From an uncultured Gammaproteobacteria bacterium (GTDB lineage: Bacteria; Patescibacteriota; Patescibacteriia; JAHIZJ01): DNA of 64,000 nucleotides. Location: assembly GCA_964371245.1 (NCBI GenBank), contig CAYJKP010000001.1:571042-635041 (forward strand), written 5' to 3'. Under the pieces are notes generated by a model, which did no database searches, was not told where the DNA came from, and was given only the letters and a program-made list of their open reading frames with translations. Both the position numbers and the translations under genes were made by a program. Positions 30,646 to 39,815 of this stretch are shown one piece after another (positions within the stretch are counted from its first letter, which is position 1; each line of letters opens with the position of its first letter).

Positions 30646-31038
30646 TTACGAAGTGAGTGATAAAATTTCGACGATTTTCTGAACTACCTGATCGAGTTTA
30701 ACGTCAGTTTTCACAAAATACGCGATCGCACCGAGTGATTTTGCTTTTTCAAAATTTGTCGCGCCGGCAAGATTTGAGAATACGATCACGGGGATATGGC
30801 TGGTTTCTTGATTCGCTTTTATCTTCTCGAGGAATTCAAACCCGTGCATGCGCGGCAAAATAAGATCGAGCAAAACGAGATCGGGTCTCTCGGCCTCGGC
30901 AACAGCTAAACCCTCGCTCCCATCAAACGCCTTCAGGATCTCAACATCGTCTCTCTTCAAATGATCGGCAACGGCTTGTAGCACATCCGGTTCGTCTTCG
31001 ACCAGGAGTATTTTTCGCTTAGTTTCGGCCATGATCAT
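30646..31038 (-). CDS. Stand-alone response-regulator receiver domain protein (CheY-like)
   Basis: A 130-aa protein beginning LVEDEPDV, with a conserved Asp at the LLDLILP position. Confidence 0.8.
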   Translation of the reverse strand: MIMAETKRKILLVEDEPDVLQAVADHLKRDDVEILKAFDGSEGLAVAEAERPDLVLLDLILPRMHGFEFLEKIKANQETSHIPVIVFSNLAGATNFEKAKSLGAIAYFVKTDVKLDQVVQKIVEILSLTS

Positions 31039-31131
31039 TCTTTATTGATACCAAATATAGTTTACCACTTCGGTCAGCGCAGAGCAATAACACGCCCATC
31101 GAACACACTGCGGCCTGTCTATCACAAATCG

Positions 31132-31365
31132 TTAATCAAGATAGATGCGAAATTTTTTTACCCGGCTTGCTTCGCCCGAAACGAGCGCGATCGCAGATTT
31201 TGGTACATCAAAATGTTCGGCCAGCAATTCAACCACCGCTTCGTTCGCCTTCCCCTTTTCCGGCGCGGCGGTGACATGGGCCGCGAACCGATCGTCTTTT
31301 TCGACGAGAGAATTACGTTTTGCTTTGGGCGTAACTTTTACAATCTTAACCACTGGTCTTGACAT
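31132..31365 (-). CDS. DUF167 (YggU) family protein
   Basis: A 77-aa protein. VKVTPKAKRNSL, KGKANEAVVELLA and VSGEASRVKKFRI match DUF167. Confidence 0.7.
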   Translation of the reverse strand: MSRPVVKIVKVTPKAKRNSLVEKDDRFAAHVTAAPEKGKANEAVVELLAEHFDVPKSAIALVSGEASRVKKFRIYLD

Positions 31366-31446
31366 CGCTTGGTTTTTATGCTAAATTTTTCAGTCAGTGT
31401 CTCTGGTCCTCGAATCACTCTACCACACGGAACGGAGGTTTTGAAT

Positions 31447-31923
31447 ATGTTCATTGACGAGACTATCGCCGCCAACCTGATCCGCCACACCCGTGAGCTG
31501 CTCAAGCTGGTAGCCACCTTGCCGGAGAACGATATGCCGGAGCGGCAAGGTGTTTATCTCTGCGTCCGCGATCAGGCAACCGGTGTCATCCTCCTGCTGG
31601 TACCAGTAGGTAAGTTCGATGACATGAGCTTCGCCCGGCGCTGCTGCCTGTACGCGCAGGAGAAGACTGCTCGACTGCTCAGCCATCCCCATCACCTGGC
31701 CAGCTCCCAGTCGGCCAACCCCGATCTGGAGCTCTATGGCGGTGGCGTCGTCTGTCCGGTTGCCAATGTCATCATTGCGCCGTCGGGCCTGACTGCCGTC
31801 TGCGACGAGGCGCTCGGGGCCAATCTCGGGCTCAAGATGGGCTGGATGTTCCCTGATCAGATCAGCCACCTGTCCACCCTGACCCAGAACACCGCAATCA
31901 CCTCGCTTTGCCGCGCCGCCTAG
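31447..31923 (+). CDS. GlcG/HbpS-like (DUF336) family protein, tentative
   Basis: The gene is GC-rich. YGGGVVCPV and IIAPSGLTAVCDEALG resemble DUF336 motifs. The likely start is MFIDETIAANL at 31447. Confidence 0.4.
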   Translation: MFIDETIAANLIRHTRELLKLVATLPENDMPERQGVYLCVRDQATGVILLLVPVGKFDDMSFARRCCLYAQEKTARLLSHPHHLASSQSANPDLELYGGGVVCPVANVIIAPSGLTAVCDEALGANLGLKMGWMFPDQISHLSTLTQNTAITSLCRAA

Positions 31924-31975
31924 CCCTGGTTGAACTGTTGGCGGTAGTCTCCTACGACGAATAAGGAGTTCACTG

Positions 31976-32161
31976 ATGGACAAACCGACTGGCACCTATC
32001 AGTGCGTCGTCTGCGACCATCTCTGGGACGGCTCTCAGCTGTACCAAGATCCGCGATCGCTTGGCGGAACACGCTGGACCTGCGGTGATATCTGCTGCGG
32101 AGCGAATGTCAAGAAGATCAGTGACCAACCCCTGCTCTCGACTCCGCCCACGACGACGTAA
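31976..32161 (+). CDS. Small zinc-ribbon protein (CVVC...CGDICC), hypothetical
   Basis: A 61-aa ORF lies 50 nt downstream of the GlcG-like gene on the same strand and is GC-rich. Confidence 0.3.
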   Translation: MDKPTGTYQCVVCDHLWDGSQLYQDPRSLGGTRWTCGDICCGANVKKISDQPLLSTPPTTT

Positions 32162-32247
32162 CCGTCCGAATCAAGGACTCGGACTATTGTACAACCGCTG
32201 CCAATCGGCAGCACGCGCCCGTTGCGAATCTTTCGTGACTGGCGCTT

Positions 32248-33291
32248 TTATTTTTTAAGGCGGGTGTTTATTTTATCAGATTTTTCAACACAATACGCGA
32301 ACAAACTGCTAAATAATTTCGTTAAATGCGCAATATGCTTTTGGCGGTAACTGGCATAGTGCTGGTTTTGAAGATCGACGAGCAAGGCGGCGACACAGCG
32401 CTCGGCCATCATCAGGTAAAACTTCTTTTCAAATCCGGCGTCTTTTCTTACAATCGAAAGTTTTTTATATTCCGCAATCCATTTTTCCAGATAGCTAATG
32501 ACGTAATTTACCGTAATGTACTGTTTTCTAATGCTTTTTATGCCCGCCCAGAGATGAAAGGCGGCGTCATAATACTCCGGACGGTAGGACCAGAATAAAT
32601 TCGACATGAGCACGTATTCATTTGCCGACAGTTTGTAAATATCGTCATAGGTAAAATGGCCGTGCATGAACTCCATCCTCACCCCCGGCAAACGACGGCG
32701 AGCGAGCGCTTGAAATTTTCTCACCATCGCTTTCGTCGTCCCGTCCACCCGGCCTTTTGATTGCGCCACGGCCAGCCAGTGTTTGAGGCGTTTCATGACA
32801 AACCGCAGGCTGTACCGCTCACCAGGCTCTTGGGCAAATAATGGTGTATTGAGACACTTACTCTTGCACTCTTGATAGAGAGCGCAAAAATCCCGCCTTT
32901 GTGTTTTGTCGGCAAATGGCGGCCGGTAAATCTTCGGCGCGTCGATATATTCCAGCAATAAATAGCCGTAACCATTTACTTTGTTCCACTTTTTTCCGCC
33001 ATACAACCGCGGTAACCTTACTTTTGTGCTTTTATTCTGCCGATTAAATCGGTTAATTATATCTATCTCATCAACCTCGGGCTGCAGCCCCTGGATTTTT
33101 AAAACCGCCGGCTTGTTTCGCCATCGGCCCCGGTAGATCAGGCTCCCAACCTTATTTTTGTCATAAATTTGCCCCCGGAAGATTTCCTTGCCAGGCCGGA
33201 AACCGGTTGCCACAACAATTTCTTTCAGCGTCTTTGCCGCATCAGAAAAACCTGTATGGGTAAAATACTTTTCGGTGATTCTATTGCTCAT
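32248..33291 (-). CDS. Protein-kinase-like fold phosphotransferase (APH/choline-kinase-like)
   Basis: LLEYIDAPKI and MHGHFTYDDIY resemble the APH catalytic region. 347 aa. Confidence 0.5.
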   Translation of the reverse strand: MSNRITEKYFTHTGFSDAAKTLKEIVVATGFRPGKEIFRGQIYDKNKVGSLIYRGRWRNKPAVLKIQGLQPEVDEIDIINRFNRQNKSTKVRLPRLYGGKKWNKVNGYGYLLLEYIDAPKIYRPPFADKTQRRDFCALYQECKSKCLNTPLFAQEPGERYSLRFVMKRLKHWLAVAQSKGRVDGTTKAMVRKFQALARRRLPGVRMEFMHGHFTYDDIYKLSANEYVLMSNLFWSYRPEYYDAAFHLWAGIKSIRKQYITVNYVISYLEKWIAEYKKLSIVRKDAGFEKKFYLMMAERCVAALLVDLQNQHYASYRQKHIAHLTKLFSSLFAYCVEKSDKINTRLKK

Positions 33292-33297
33292 ACAATG

Positions 33298-34341
33298 TTA
33301 GGTAAGCTCGCGATGGAGTATCAATTCTGCCTTCCGCTTGCTAATTTCACCGGTATAATTCTTGTGCATTAATCTCCTGATACTCCGATAGGGATACCTC
33401 TGTTTAATCAGCCACATTAATTTCGTTGTCATGGTTTCCATGCTCATGTCAAACGCTTGGATAACACCTGATTTGAGTGCTTTCAGTCCAACATCGTTTA
33501 AACCCATTACCGTGGCTCCGCCTGGGCACTGCGTTGTTACGACAACGGGTAGGCGCCTTTTTTTCGCGTACTGCAGGCTGGGCAGCAGTGAGTATGGTAT
33601 GTCGCCTGATCCGTATGCTCTCAGAACGATTCCTTTTACTCCCCCGCGGATCAGCCGATTAATGAATTCTGGGCGAAATCCGGGGACAAGAGTGTAACAA
33701 ACGATATTGTCATCAAAACCATTCTTTACCACCAACGGCTGAGAGTGCGCCCGGTGGGTATCTTTATTTAAGGTTATACCCACGCCGATCTCGCCAAAAT
33801 CTGTGTCATTAAAGGTATGGAAAGCATCAAGGTCCGATTCGCTCACCTTTTTTGCCCGGCTCCCCAATATTATTTTGCTGCCAAAAACCACAAAAACACC
33901 ACCTAATTCCATGGTGGCCACACGGACTGCGTTCACAAGATTATTCCGGCTGTCAGTACTGATAATCTCAGCGGGAATTTGTGAACCGGTAAAAATTACC
34001 GGCTTGCCAATATTCGCCAGAGCAAATGATACGGCGCTTGAGGCATAGGCCATCGTGTTGGTACCCATGGTTACAACAAAACCGTCGTATTTCTTATAGT
34101 TCTGCGCAATTTTTTTGACAATTTTCTCCCAATGGCGATGGTCGAAATTCGTGCTGTCGATATTTGCTATATACGCCGTTGAAATGTTAGCCAATTCGAT
34201 GATCCTCGGCTCAATCTGAAATAATTGCTTAACACCGAAGGCGACTTGAAGCGCTCCGGTTTTCTCGTCTTTGTGCATTGAAATTGAACCGCCGCAAAAC
34301 AGTATTAGAATCTTTTTGATGCGCTTTGTCGGTTTCTTCAT
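33298..34341 (-). CDS. L-asparaginase (type I asparaginase/glutaminase family)
   Basis: ILFCGGSISM and TMGTNTMAYASSAVSFAL match asparaginase signature regions. Confidence 0.8.
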   Translation of the reverse strand: MKKPTKRIKKILILFCGGSISMHKDEKTGALQVAFGVKQLFQIEPRIIELANISTAYIANIDSTNFDHRHWEKIVKKIAQNYKKYDGFVVTMGTNTMAYASSAVSFALANIGKPVIFTGSQIPAEIISTDSRNNLVNAVRVATMELGGVFVVFGSKIILGSRAKKVSESDLDAFHTFNDTDFGEIGVGITLNKDTHRAHSQPLVVKNGFDDNIVCYTLVPGFRPEFINRLIRGGVKGIVLRAYGSGDIPYSLLPSLQYAKKRRLPVVVTTQCPGGATVMGLNDVGLKALKSGVIQAFDMSMETMTTKLMWLIKQRYPYRSIRRLMHKNYTGEISKRKAELILHRELT

Positions 34342-34345
34342 ACGA

Positions 34346-35203
34346 CTAAATAATTAGCGATAAGGCAAGAATTAATATTGAAGCAATTATCTTTCTCACT
34401 GTTATTTTTTCCTTCAGCCAGGCCGCGCTGAGGAGAAAAACAAATATCGGCGTCAGATTCGCCAAAGTTATAGTCACGCCCGCGCTGCCGACCGTTAGTG
34501 CGTAGTAGAGCAGCAGCCATTGAGCAATGACAAAAAGTCCTCGGAAAAAGATGACGCGATACTGGGTATTGGTTATTCGGCGCAAAGGAAAATTAAGAAA
34601 CACGAGTGAGAATAGCGCAATCAACCCGGCCCGATACATATACAAGGTCGGGGCATTGATTACGTGCAAATTAGTCAGCAGATACTTTGTTGGTATCGCC
34701 GATATACCAAATAACACTGAAGAAATGATGGCCGGAACCAGCGTGGCTTTTTTGAAACGTCCGAATTCCGAGGAACCTGCGGAAAAAATTACCACCAGAA
34801 ACATGATCAAGAATGCCAGGGCGACGGTTTTTAGATTCACCGTGTCGTCCAGCAATAACCAGCCGAAGAAAAATGTAAACGCCGGCGCCAAAGCGAGCAT
34901 TGGACTGGCCACGCTGGCTTCGGTTTCCTCAAACGTTTTGAAATAATAAAAATTTGCCAGAGTATCAATAACACCGATGCCGATCAAAACCAGTATGGCA
35001 ACGGTCGTCGCCTTAAAATAATAAAAAAAGGGTGAGAATAAAACCAGCGTCGCACCCATCGTCAAAAAGTTTATCCCGAGTATCTCCTTTGAGCGCAATT
35101 CTTTCAGCAAAGTCCGAGCGAGAATATTTGCGATTGCACCAAAAACCGCGGATCCAATGGCTATGAGGGTGAAATTCATTGAGCTGACAACAGGAAGAGT
35201 CAT
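34346..35203 (-). CDS. EamA/DMT family transporter
   Basis: A 285-aa protein with ten transmembrane helices and two EamA-like halves. Confidence 0.8.
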   Translation of the reverse strand: MTLPVVSSMNFTLIAIGSAVFGAIANILARTLLKELRSKEILGINFLTMGATLVLFSPFFYYFKATTVAILVLIGIGVIDTLANFYYFKTFEETEASVASPMLALAPAFTFFFGWLLLDDTVNLKTVALAFLIMFLVVIFSAGSSEFGRFKKATLVPAIISSVLFGISAIPTKYLLTNLHVINAPTLYMYRAGLIALFSLVFLNFPLRRITNTQYRVIFFRGLFVIAQWLLLYYALTVGSAGVTITLANLTPIFVFLLSAAWLKEKITVRKIIASILILALSLII

Positions 35204-36396
35204 CGTTTTTTGGTCTTGGCGCTGGACTTCTTCTTCGCCGGCAACTTCTTCTTTCCCATCTGTATTTGCGAATATTCTTCTCTATAAACCTTCAGTGTTT
35301 CCTCGGCGCACTTCCGCCAGCTGAACTTTTTCGCCTGCTCGACGCCCGCCTGGCTGTAGCGCTGCCTGAGCTGGGTTGAGTTGAGCATTTTCCGCATCGC
35401 CTCAGCCAGCGCCGTTTCACTGTTTGGGTTTATTAAGAGGGCCGCGTCGCCCGTGACTTCCGGGATTGAAGCGACGTTTGAGCTGATCACCGGTACGCCG
35501 AGACTTAAGGCCTCAAGCACAGGCAGACCAAAACCTTCATAGAGCGTCGGAAACACGAACACGCTGGCATTCCGGATTAAGCCGATTTTATCCTCGTGCG
35601 GAACGTAATTTAGGTAGGCAGCGCGGTTGCCAAGCTTGAGTTTGTTGATGGCGTTAAATACCTCGTCGCTCTTCCAACCACGATGGCCGGCCAGAACCAG
35701 GGTGTATTTCGAAAACCTTTTTTCTTTTGCCAGTTGCGCAAAGGCTACGACCAGCTTCGGGATATTCTTGCGTGCCTCCAGCGTCCCGACATACAGCAAA
35801 TAATCGCCCGGGATACTGTATTTTTCCTGGAGTTTCGCCTTCAGCACATAGTTTTTTTCCTGAACGACGCCTTCGTGGATGACCTGGATTTTTTCCGCCG
35901 GGATACCAAATACTTTGACAATATCTTTCTTCGTCGCCTCCGAAACGGCGATAATACGACGCGCCCGGCTCAACGACCGCGGCACGAGGATTGAAACGCT
36001 GAACTTCTGACCGCGCGGGAACCATTCAGGATGCTTGTAAATCGCCAGGTCGTGAACCGTCACGATCGCCGGCCGGCTGTAGGTGTATGGAATCACATTG
36101 GCTGGCGAATGATAGAGATCGAGTTTCTCGCGATTCAGATAGGCCGTGATCAGCAGGTGGGAATAGCTGAACGGCAGAAAGCGTTTGTATTGCGAAAACG
36201 GAAACGTTCGGATCGTCACGTTCGACTGCTTGAACTCCTTGGTGTTTTGATAGCGATAATCAAAAAACAAAACGTACTCGTTCTTCTGGTCGAGGGCGAG
36301 CAGCGATTTCACGAGAAAATATGAATAATGCCCGACGCCGGCGCGTTCGCCGTGCTTGGGATTGAGGATGGTTCGACAATCGATACCGATGCGCAT
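35200..36396 (-). CDS. Glycosyltransferase family 4
   Basis: GT4 C-terminal motifs (EGFGLPVLEA) are present. The likely start is MRIGIDCRT at 36396. The longer ORF-track version overlaps argS. Confidence 0.85.
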   Translation of the reverse strand: MRIGIDCRTILNPKHGERAGVGHYSYFLVKSLLALDQKNEYVLFFDYRYQNTKEFKQSNVTIRTFPFSQYKRFLPFSYSHLLITAYLNREKLDLYHSPANVIPYTYSRPAIVTVHDLAIYKHPEWFPRGQKFSVSILVPRSLSRARRIIAVSEATKKDIVKVFGIPAEKIQVIHEGVVQEKNYVLKAKLQEKYSIPGDYLLYVGTLEARKNIPKLVVAFAQLAKEKRFSKYTLVLAGHRGWKSDEVFNAINKLKLGNRAAYLNYVPHEDKIGLIRNASVFVFPTLYEGFGLPVLEALSLGVPVISSNVASIPEVTGDAALLINPNSETALAEAMRKMLNSTQLRQRYSQAGVEQAKKFSWRKCAEETLKVYREEYSQIQMGKKKLPAKKKSSAKTKKR

Positions 36397-36407
36397 AGGC
36401 GTGGTTA

Positions 36408-38063
36408 TTACATTGTCGTTGGCGTTGAAACACCCATCAGTTTCAGGCTGTTTCGAAGCACGATCTGGGTCGCTCTGATCAGCGCGACCCGAGCGGTATT
36501 CACCTCGCCCTGGTCGATCACTCGGCACTGGGTGTAAAAAACGTGGAAGAGTTCCGCTACCTTGATGACGTAAAACGGCAAACGCTGAACTTCGTACGTC
36601 TCGCTGATACCACGCAGCAAATCTGGATATTGGACGAGCTCGGTAATCAAATCGACTTCGGCGCGGTGATCATAATGGATTTTCAAGCGTTCCGGCCAAG
36701 CCAGCTTCTTCAATTCCTTCTGTTTCAGTATACTACAAATCCGCGCGTGCGCATATTGAACGTAATAGACCGGGTTTTTCTCGGACTTTTCCCGAGCCAG
36801 GTCAAGATCAAAATCCATGTGCGTGTCGGCGGCGCGCATCAGGAAAAAAAACCGCGCCACGTCCAGGCCGACATCGTCCACGAGTTCTTCAAGCGTCACG
36901 AACGTACCGCTCCGCTTCGACATTTTTACTTCCTGGTGGTTTGAGATCAGCCGGACCAGCTGGACAACGACGATATCGAGCCGGCCGGGCCAAGCCAGGC
37001 TTTTTTTGATCGCCTGCATCCGGGTAACGTGACCCTGGTGGTCGGCGCCCCAGATATTGACCACGCGCGAAAATTTGCGCTCGCAGAATTTATTGTAATG
37101 GTAAGCGATGTCGGAGAGAAAATAGGTGTTCTCCCGGTTGGCTTTTATGAGCACGCGGTCTTTCTCGTCGCCAAAGGCGCTCGTCTTTACCCAGGTGGCG
37201 CCGTCAGCCTTGTAGACATAGCCCTTCTCTTTCAATTGAGCCAATACTGTCTTGACCGTCCCCTTTTTATAGAGTTCGCTTTCATAAAACCAGCGATGAA
37301 AGTGTATTCGCAGTTTTTCTCTCAGTACGCGTTGAATTTCCTTCAGCATCAGACCGAGCACCTTATCTTTGACTGTTCGTTTGATCCGATTAATATCATT
37401 CAGTTTTACATCCACTAGCTTCAGATGCTTGGCAAGATCTTTCACATAGTCGCCTTGATAGCAACGTTCGGGATAATCAATGTTCAGTCCAGTCTGCTGG
37501 ATGTAGCGCCGAATGACCGATTCAGCTAAGGTTTCGACTTGATTGCCGATATCATTGACGTAATATTCACGCCGCGCTTGAAAGCCTTGGCTGGCAAATA
37601 TATTCGCGAGTACGTCGCCCATGAAACCGCCCCGGCCGTTACCGAGATGGATCGGACCGGTCGGATTGGCGGAAATAAATTCGATTTGGACTTTGGCGTC
37701 ATCGCCGTATTTGCTCTTTCCATACTGACGGTCCTGATCGATGATCGTACCGACTTGCTGCCCCAGCCACGCCTTACTAAACGAGAAGTTCAAAAATCCC
37801 GGCAAAGCCGTTTCAATTTTACCGAACTTGCGTTTAAAATTGTCGCTTAACCGTTCAATAATCGCCTCGGCAATCTCGAGCGGATTTTTTGCTAAAACCC
37901 GCGCCAATTGCATGGCGACAGTCGTCGAGATGTCCCCGAACTTATCATCCTTCGTGTACTCAATCGTTTTGTAAAAAAAATCGCCTTCGGCCTGCTGTTT
38001 CAGGTCGGGCCAGAGTTCATAGCATACGCGCTGGAGCTGATTAGCGATTTCCTTCTTTATCAT
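36408..38063 (-). CDS. argS: Arginyl-tRNA synthetase
   Basis: The class I HIGH region (SANPTGPIHLGN) and a DALR anticodon-binding domain are present. The likely start is MIKKEIANQL at 38063. Confidence 0.9.
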   Translation of the reverse strand: MIKKEIANQLQRVCYELWPDLKQQAEGDFFYKTIEYTKDDKFGDISTTVAMQLARVLAKNPLEIAEAIIERLSDNFKRKFGKIETALPGFLNFSFSKAWLGQQVGTIIDQDRQYGKSKYGDDAKVQIEFISANPTGPIHLGNGRGGFMGDVLANIFASQGFQARREYYVNDIGNQVETLAESVIRRYIQQTGLNIDYPERCYQGDYVKDLAKHLKLVDVKLNDINRIKRTVKDKVLGLMLKEIQRVLREKLRIHFHRWFYESELYKKGTVKTVLAQLKEKGYVYKADGATWVKTSAFGDEKDRVLIKANRENTYFLSDIAYHYNKFCERKFSRVVNIWGADHQGHVTRMQAIKKSLAWPGRLDIVVVQLVRLISNHQEVKMSKRSGTFVTLEELVDDVGLDVARFFFLMRAADTHMDFDLDLAREKSEKNPVYYVQYAHARICSILKQKELKKLAWPERLKIHYDHRAEVDLITELVQYPDLLRGISETYEVQRLPFYVIKVAELFHVFYTQCRVIDQGEVNTARVALIRATQIVLRNSLKLMGVSTPTTM

Positions 38064-38229
38064 ACTTCCAGTATAAACGATTTTTATAACGGACACAATG
38101 TTCACGCGCTGATTACTGGGGGTTTCTCTCGCTAAAACCAGCCGGTGGATAACTCCCTTGACAAATGATATTCATTTGCTATGCTTTATCTTGCTAAAGT
38201 GCTTTATCTTACTAAAGTTCAATAAAACC

Positions 38230-38553
38230 ATGGCTAACTGGTACAACCAAAAAGTCAAAAACTTATTTACGGCCGTTCTGAAGTTGAAAACGCCCGACGA
38301 AGCCCGGCGCTTTTTCCGCGACTTACTGACTGAGCAAGAAATACTGGAGTTCGCTAACCGCTGGCAAGCCGCTCAGCTGCTCGACCGCGGCGTCCCCTAT
38401 TCTATAATCTCGGCGAAAACCGGTTTAAGCTCGACAACGATTGCTCGCATCTCGCGCTGGCTGTATCGCGGCCTCAACGGCTATCAGCTGATGCTGAAAC
38501 GCCTCAATCTTCATCATCGCAACCCTGCCTCTTTCGAGAAAGGATTGCGTTGA
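38230..38553 (+). CDS. TrpR-related YerC/YecD family protein
   Basis: The likely start is MANWYNQKVKNLFTAVLKL. The helix-turn-helix region ISAKTGLSSTTIARISRWL is typical of this family. Confidence 0.65.
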   Translation: MANWYNQKVKNLFTAVLKLKTPDEARRFFRDLLTEQEILEFANRWQAAQLLDRGVPYSIISAKTGLSSTTIARISRWLYRGLNGYQLMLKRLNLHHRNPASFEKGLR

Positions 38554-38575
38554 TGTTTGCATAACGAACGCATAA

Positions 38576-38610
38576 ACCCGGCCCCTTCTCGAAAGAGAAG
38601 GGGTTTTTGC
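38576..38610 (+). terminator. Rho-independent terminator (CCCCTTCTCgaaaGAGAAGGGG followed by TTTTTG)
   Basis: A perfect 9-bp stem, 4-nt loop and T-run lie downstream of the YerC-like gene. Confidence 0.8.
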
Positions 38611-38650
38611 GTCGTGCAACAACCCGGCACATTCACATCTGGAGGCTCAG

Positions 38651-39709
38651 ATGAAACCTCTTTCCGATCTCGACGCGCGGTATGAGCGACAACCCCGACC
38701 ATCCGGTCTGCGCTATGGCATCATTGAGGTTACGACTCGCTGCCAGTGCCGCTGTCCCGGTTGCTACATGGTGCGACGGAATGTCTTGAACCACAACGAT
38801 CTTTCGCTGAGCGACGCTGTTCAAGTGCTAGATCTCTGCCGTGAGTACTGCGGACGCGAACTGGAAACAATGGACATTCTCGGAGGCGAGCCATTGCTGT
38901 GGCCAAGGCTTCAATCTTTCATCACTGTTCTGTTGAAGCGCGGGGTCAAGCCGTGGATTTTCACGAACATGCTGGCCGTTACGCCAAACCTGGCGCGCTG
39001 GCTGCATGAACGCGAGATCCACATTACGGGCAAGCTGAACATTGATCCTGATGCCCGGGAACAACTTCCGATCCAAGCAGCGATGCTCGGGCGCAGCGAA
39101 AAAACGGCCGCGAAAATGATCCGCGCTATCTCGGTCTTTCTCGAAGCCGGCTACCGCGCGCCTCTCTTCCGGCTTCAGAATCTCATTCGCACAGCCAACA
39201 TTGATTTTGTTTCCGACTACTACCGTTGGTGCCTGGAGCATGAAATCGGAACGGACCTGGAAATGATGGGCTCGGGCGAAGCAATCGGTCCGGAGTATTG
39301 GGCAATTGCGCCAAAGCCAGAACAGATCGCGAAGATGATTAATCTCATCCAGGGCGTCAGAAGAAAATTCGGGCTTGGGCCGGGCTTCGTGCTCATGCCG
39401 CACATTTTTGGCGCCTGTCCCTTTTTCGACAAAGGCCTGTATTTTGCGGTCAACGGCACCATCAGAGCGTGCAGCAACAGTCAGACAACGCTGGCCCGTA
39501 TTTCAGACCGCGATCCGATCCGAAAAGCTTATGAGTCCGAACTTATCTGCCATCGCCACAGTCTTACCAGGCAATCAGTCGGACAACCCTGCCAGTCGTG
39601 CGACCGTTGGGAAAAGTGCCGCGGCGGCTGCCGAGCCACGGCTGAGGGCACCGGAGGTTCTTACGCTGGTTACCCACTCTGCCCCCTGCCCTTTCTGACA
39701 GGCATCTAG
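38651..39709 (+). CDS. Radical SAM enzyme with a C-terminal SPASM domain (peptide/protein-modifying maturase class)
   Basis: The CX3CX2C motif is present (CQCRCPGC) and the SPASM motif is CQSCDRWEKCRGGC, with further auxiliary cysteines. An RBS GGAGG precedes the start. The gene is monocistronic and about 58% GC. Confidence 0.85.
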   Translation: MKPLSDLDARYERQPRPSGLRYGIIEVTTRCQCRCPGCYMVRRNVLNHNDLSLSDAVQVLDLCREYCGRELETMDILGGEPLLWPRLQSFITVLLKRGVKPWIFTNMLAVTPNLARWLHEREIHITGKLNIDPDAREQLPIQAAMLGRSEKTAAKMIRAISVFLEAGYRAPLFRLQNLIRTANIDFVSDYYRWCLEHEIGTDLEMMGSGEAIGPEYWAIAPKPEQIAKMINLIQGVRRKFGLGPGFVLMPHIFGACPFFDKGLYFAVNGTIRACSNSQTTLARISDRDPIRKAYESELICHRHSLTRQSVGQPCQSCDRWEKCRGGCRATAEGTGGSYAGYPLCPLPFLTGI

Positions 39710-39724
39710 CTTCCAGCATCCTGG

Positions 39725-39768
39725 CTTGAGAGAAAGACCCGTCCTTTCTCTCAAGCCATTTTTTATTT
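39725..39768 (+). terminator. Rho-independent terminator (CTTGAGAGAAAG-N8-CTTTCTCTCAAG followed by a T-run)
   Basis: A 12-bp perfect inverted repeat followed by ccatttttta lies downstream of the radical SAM gene. Confidence 0.8.
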
Positions 39769-39815
39769 ACCAATTATTCCAAATTGCGCCTTATTTTTGT
39801 TATATAATCTGTGTG

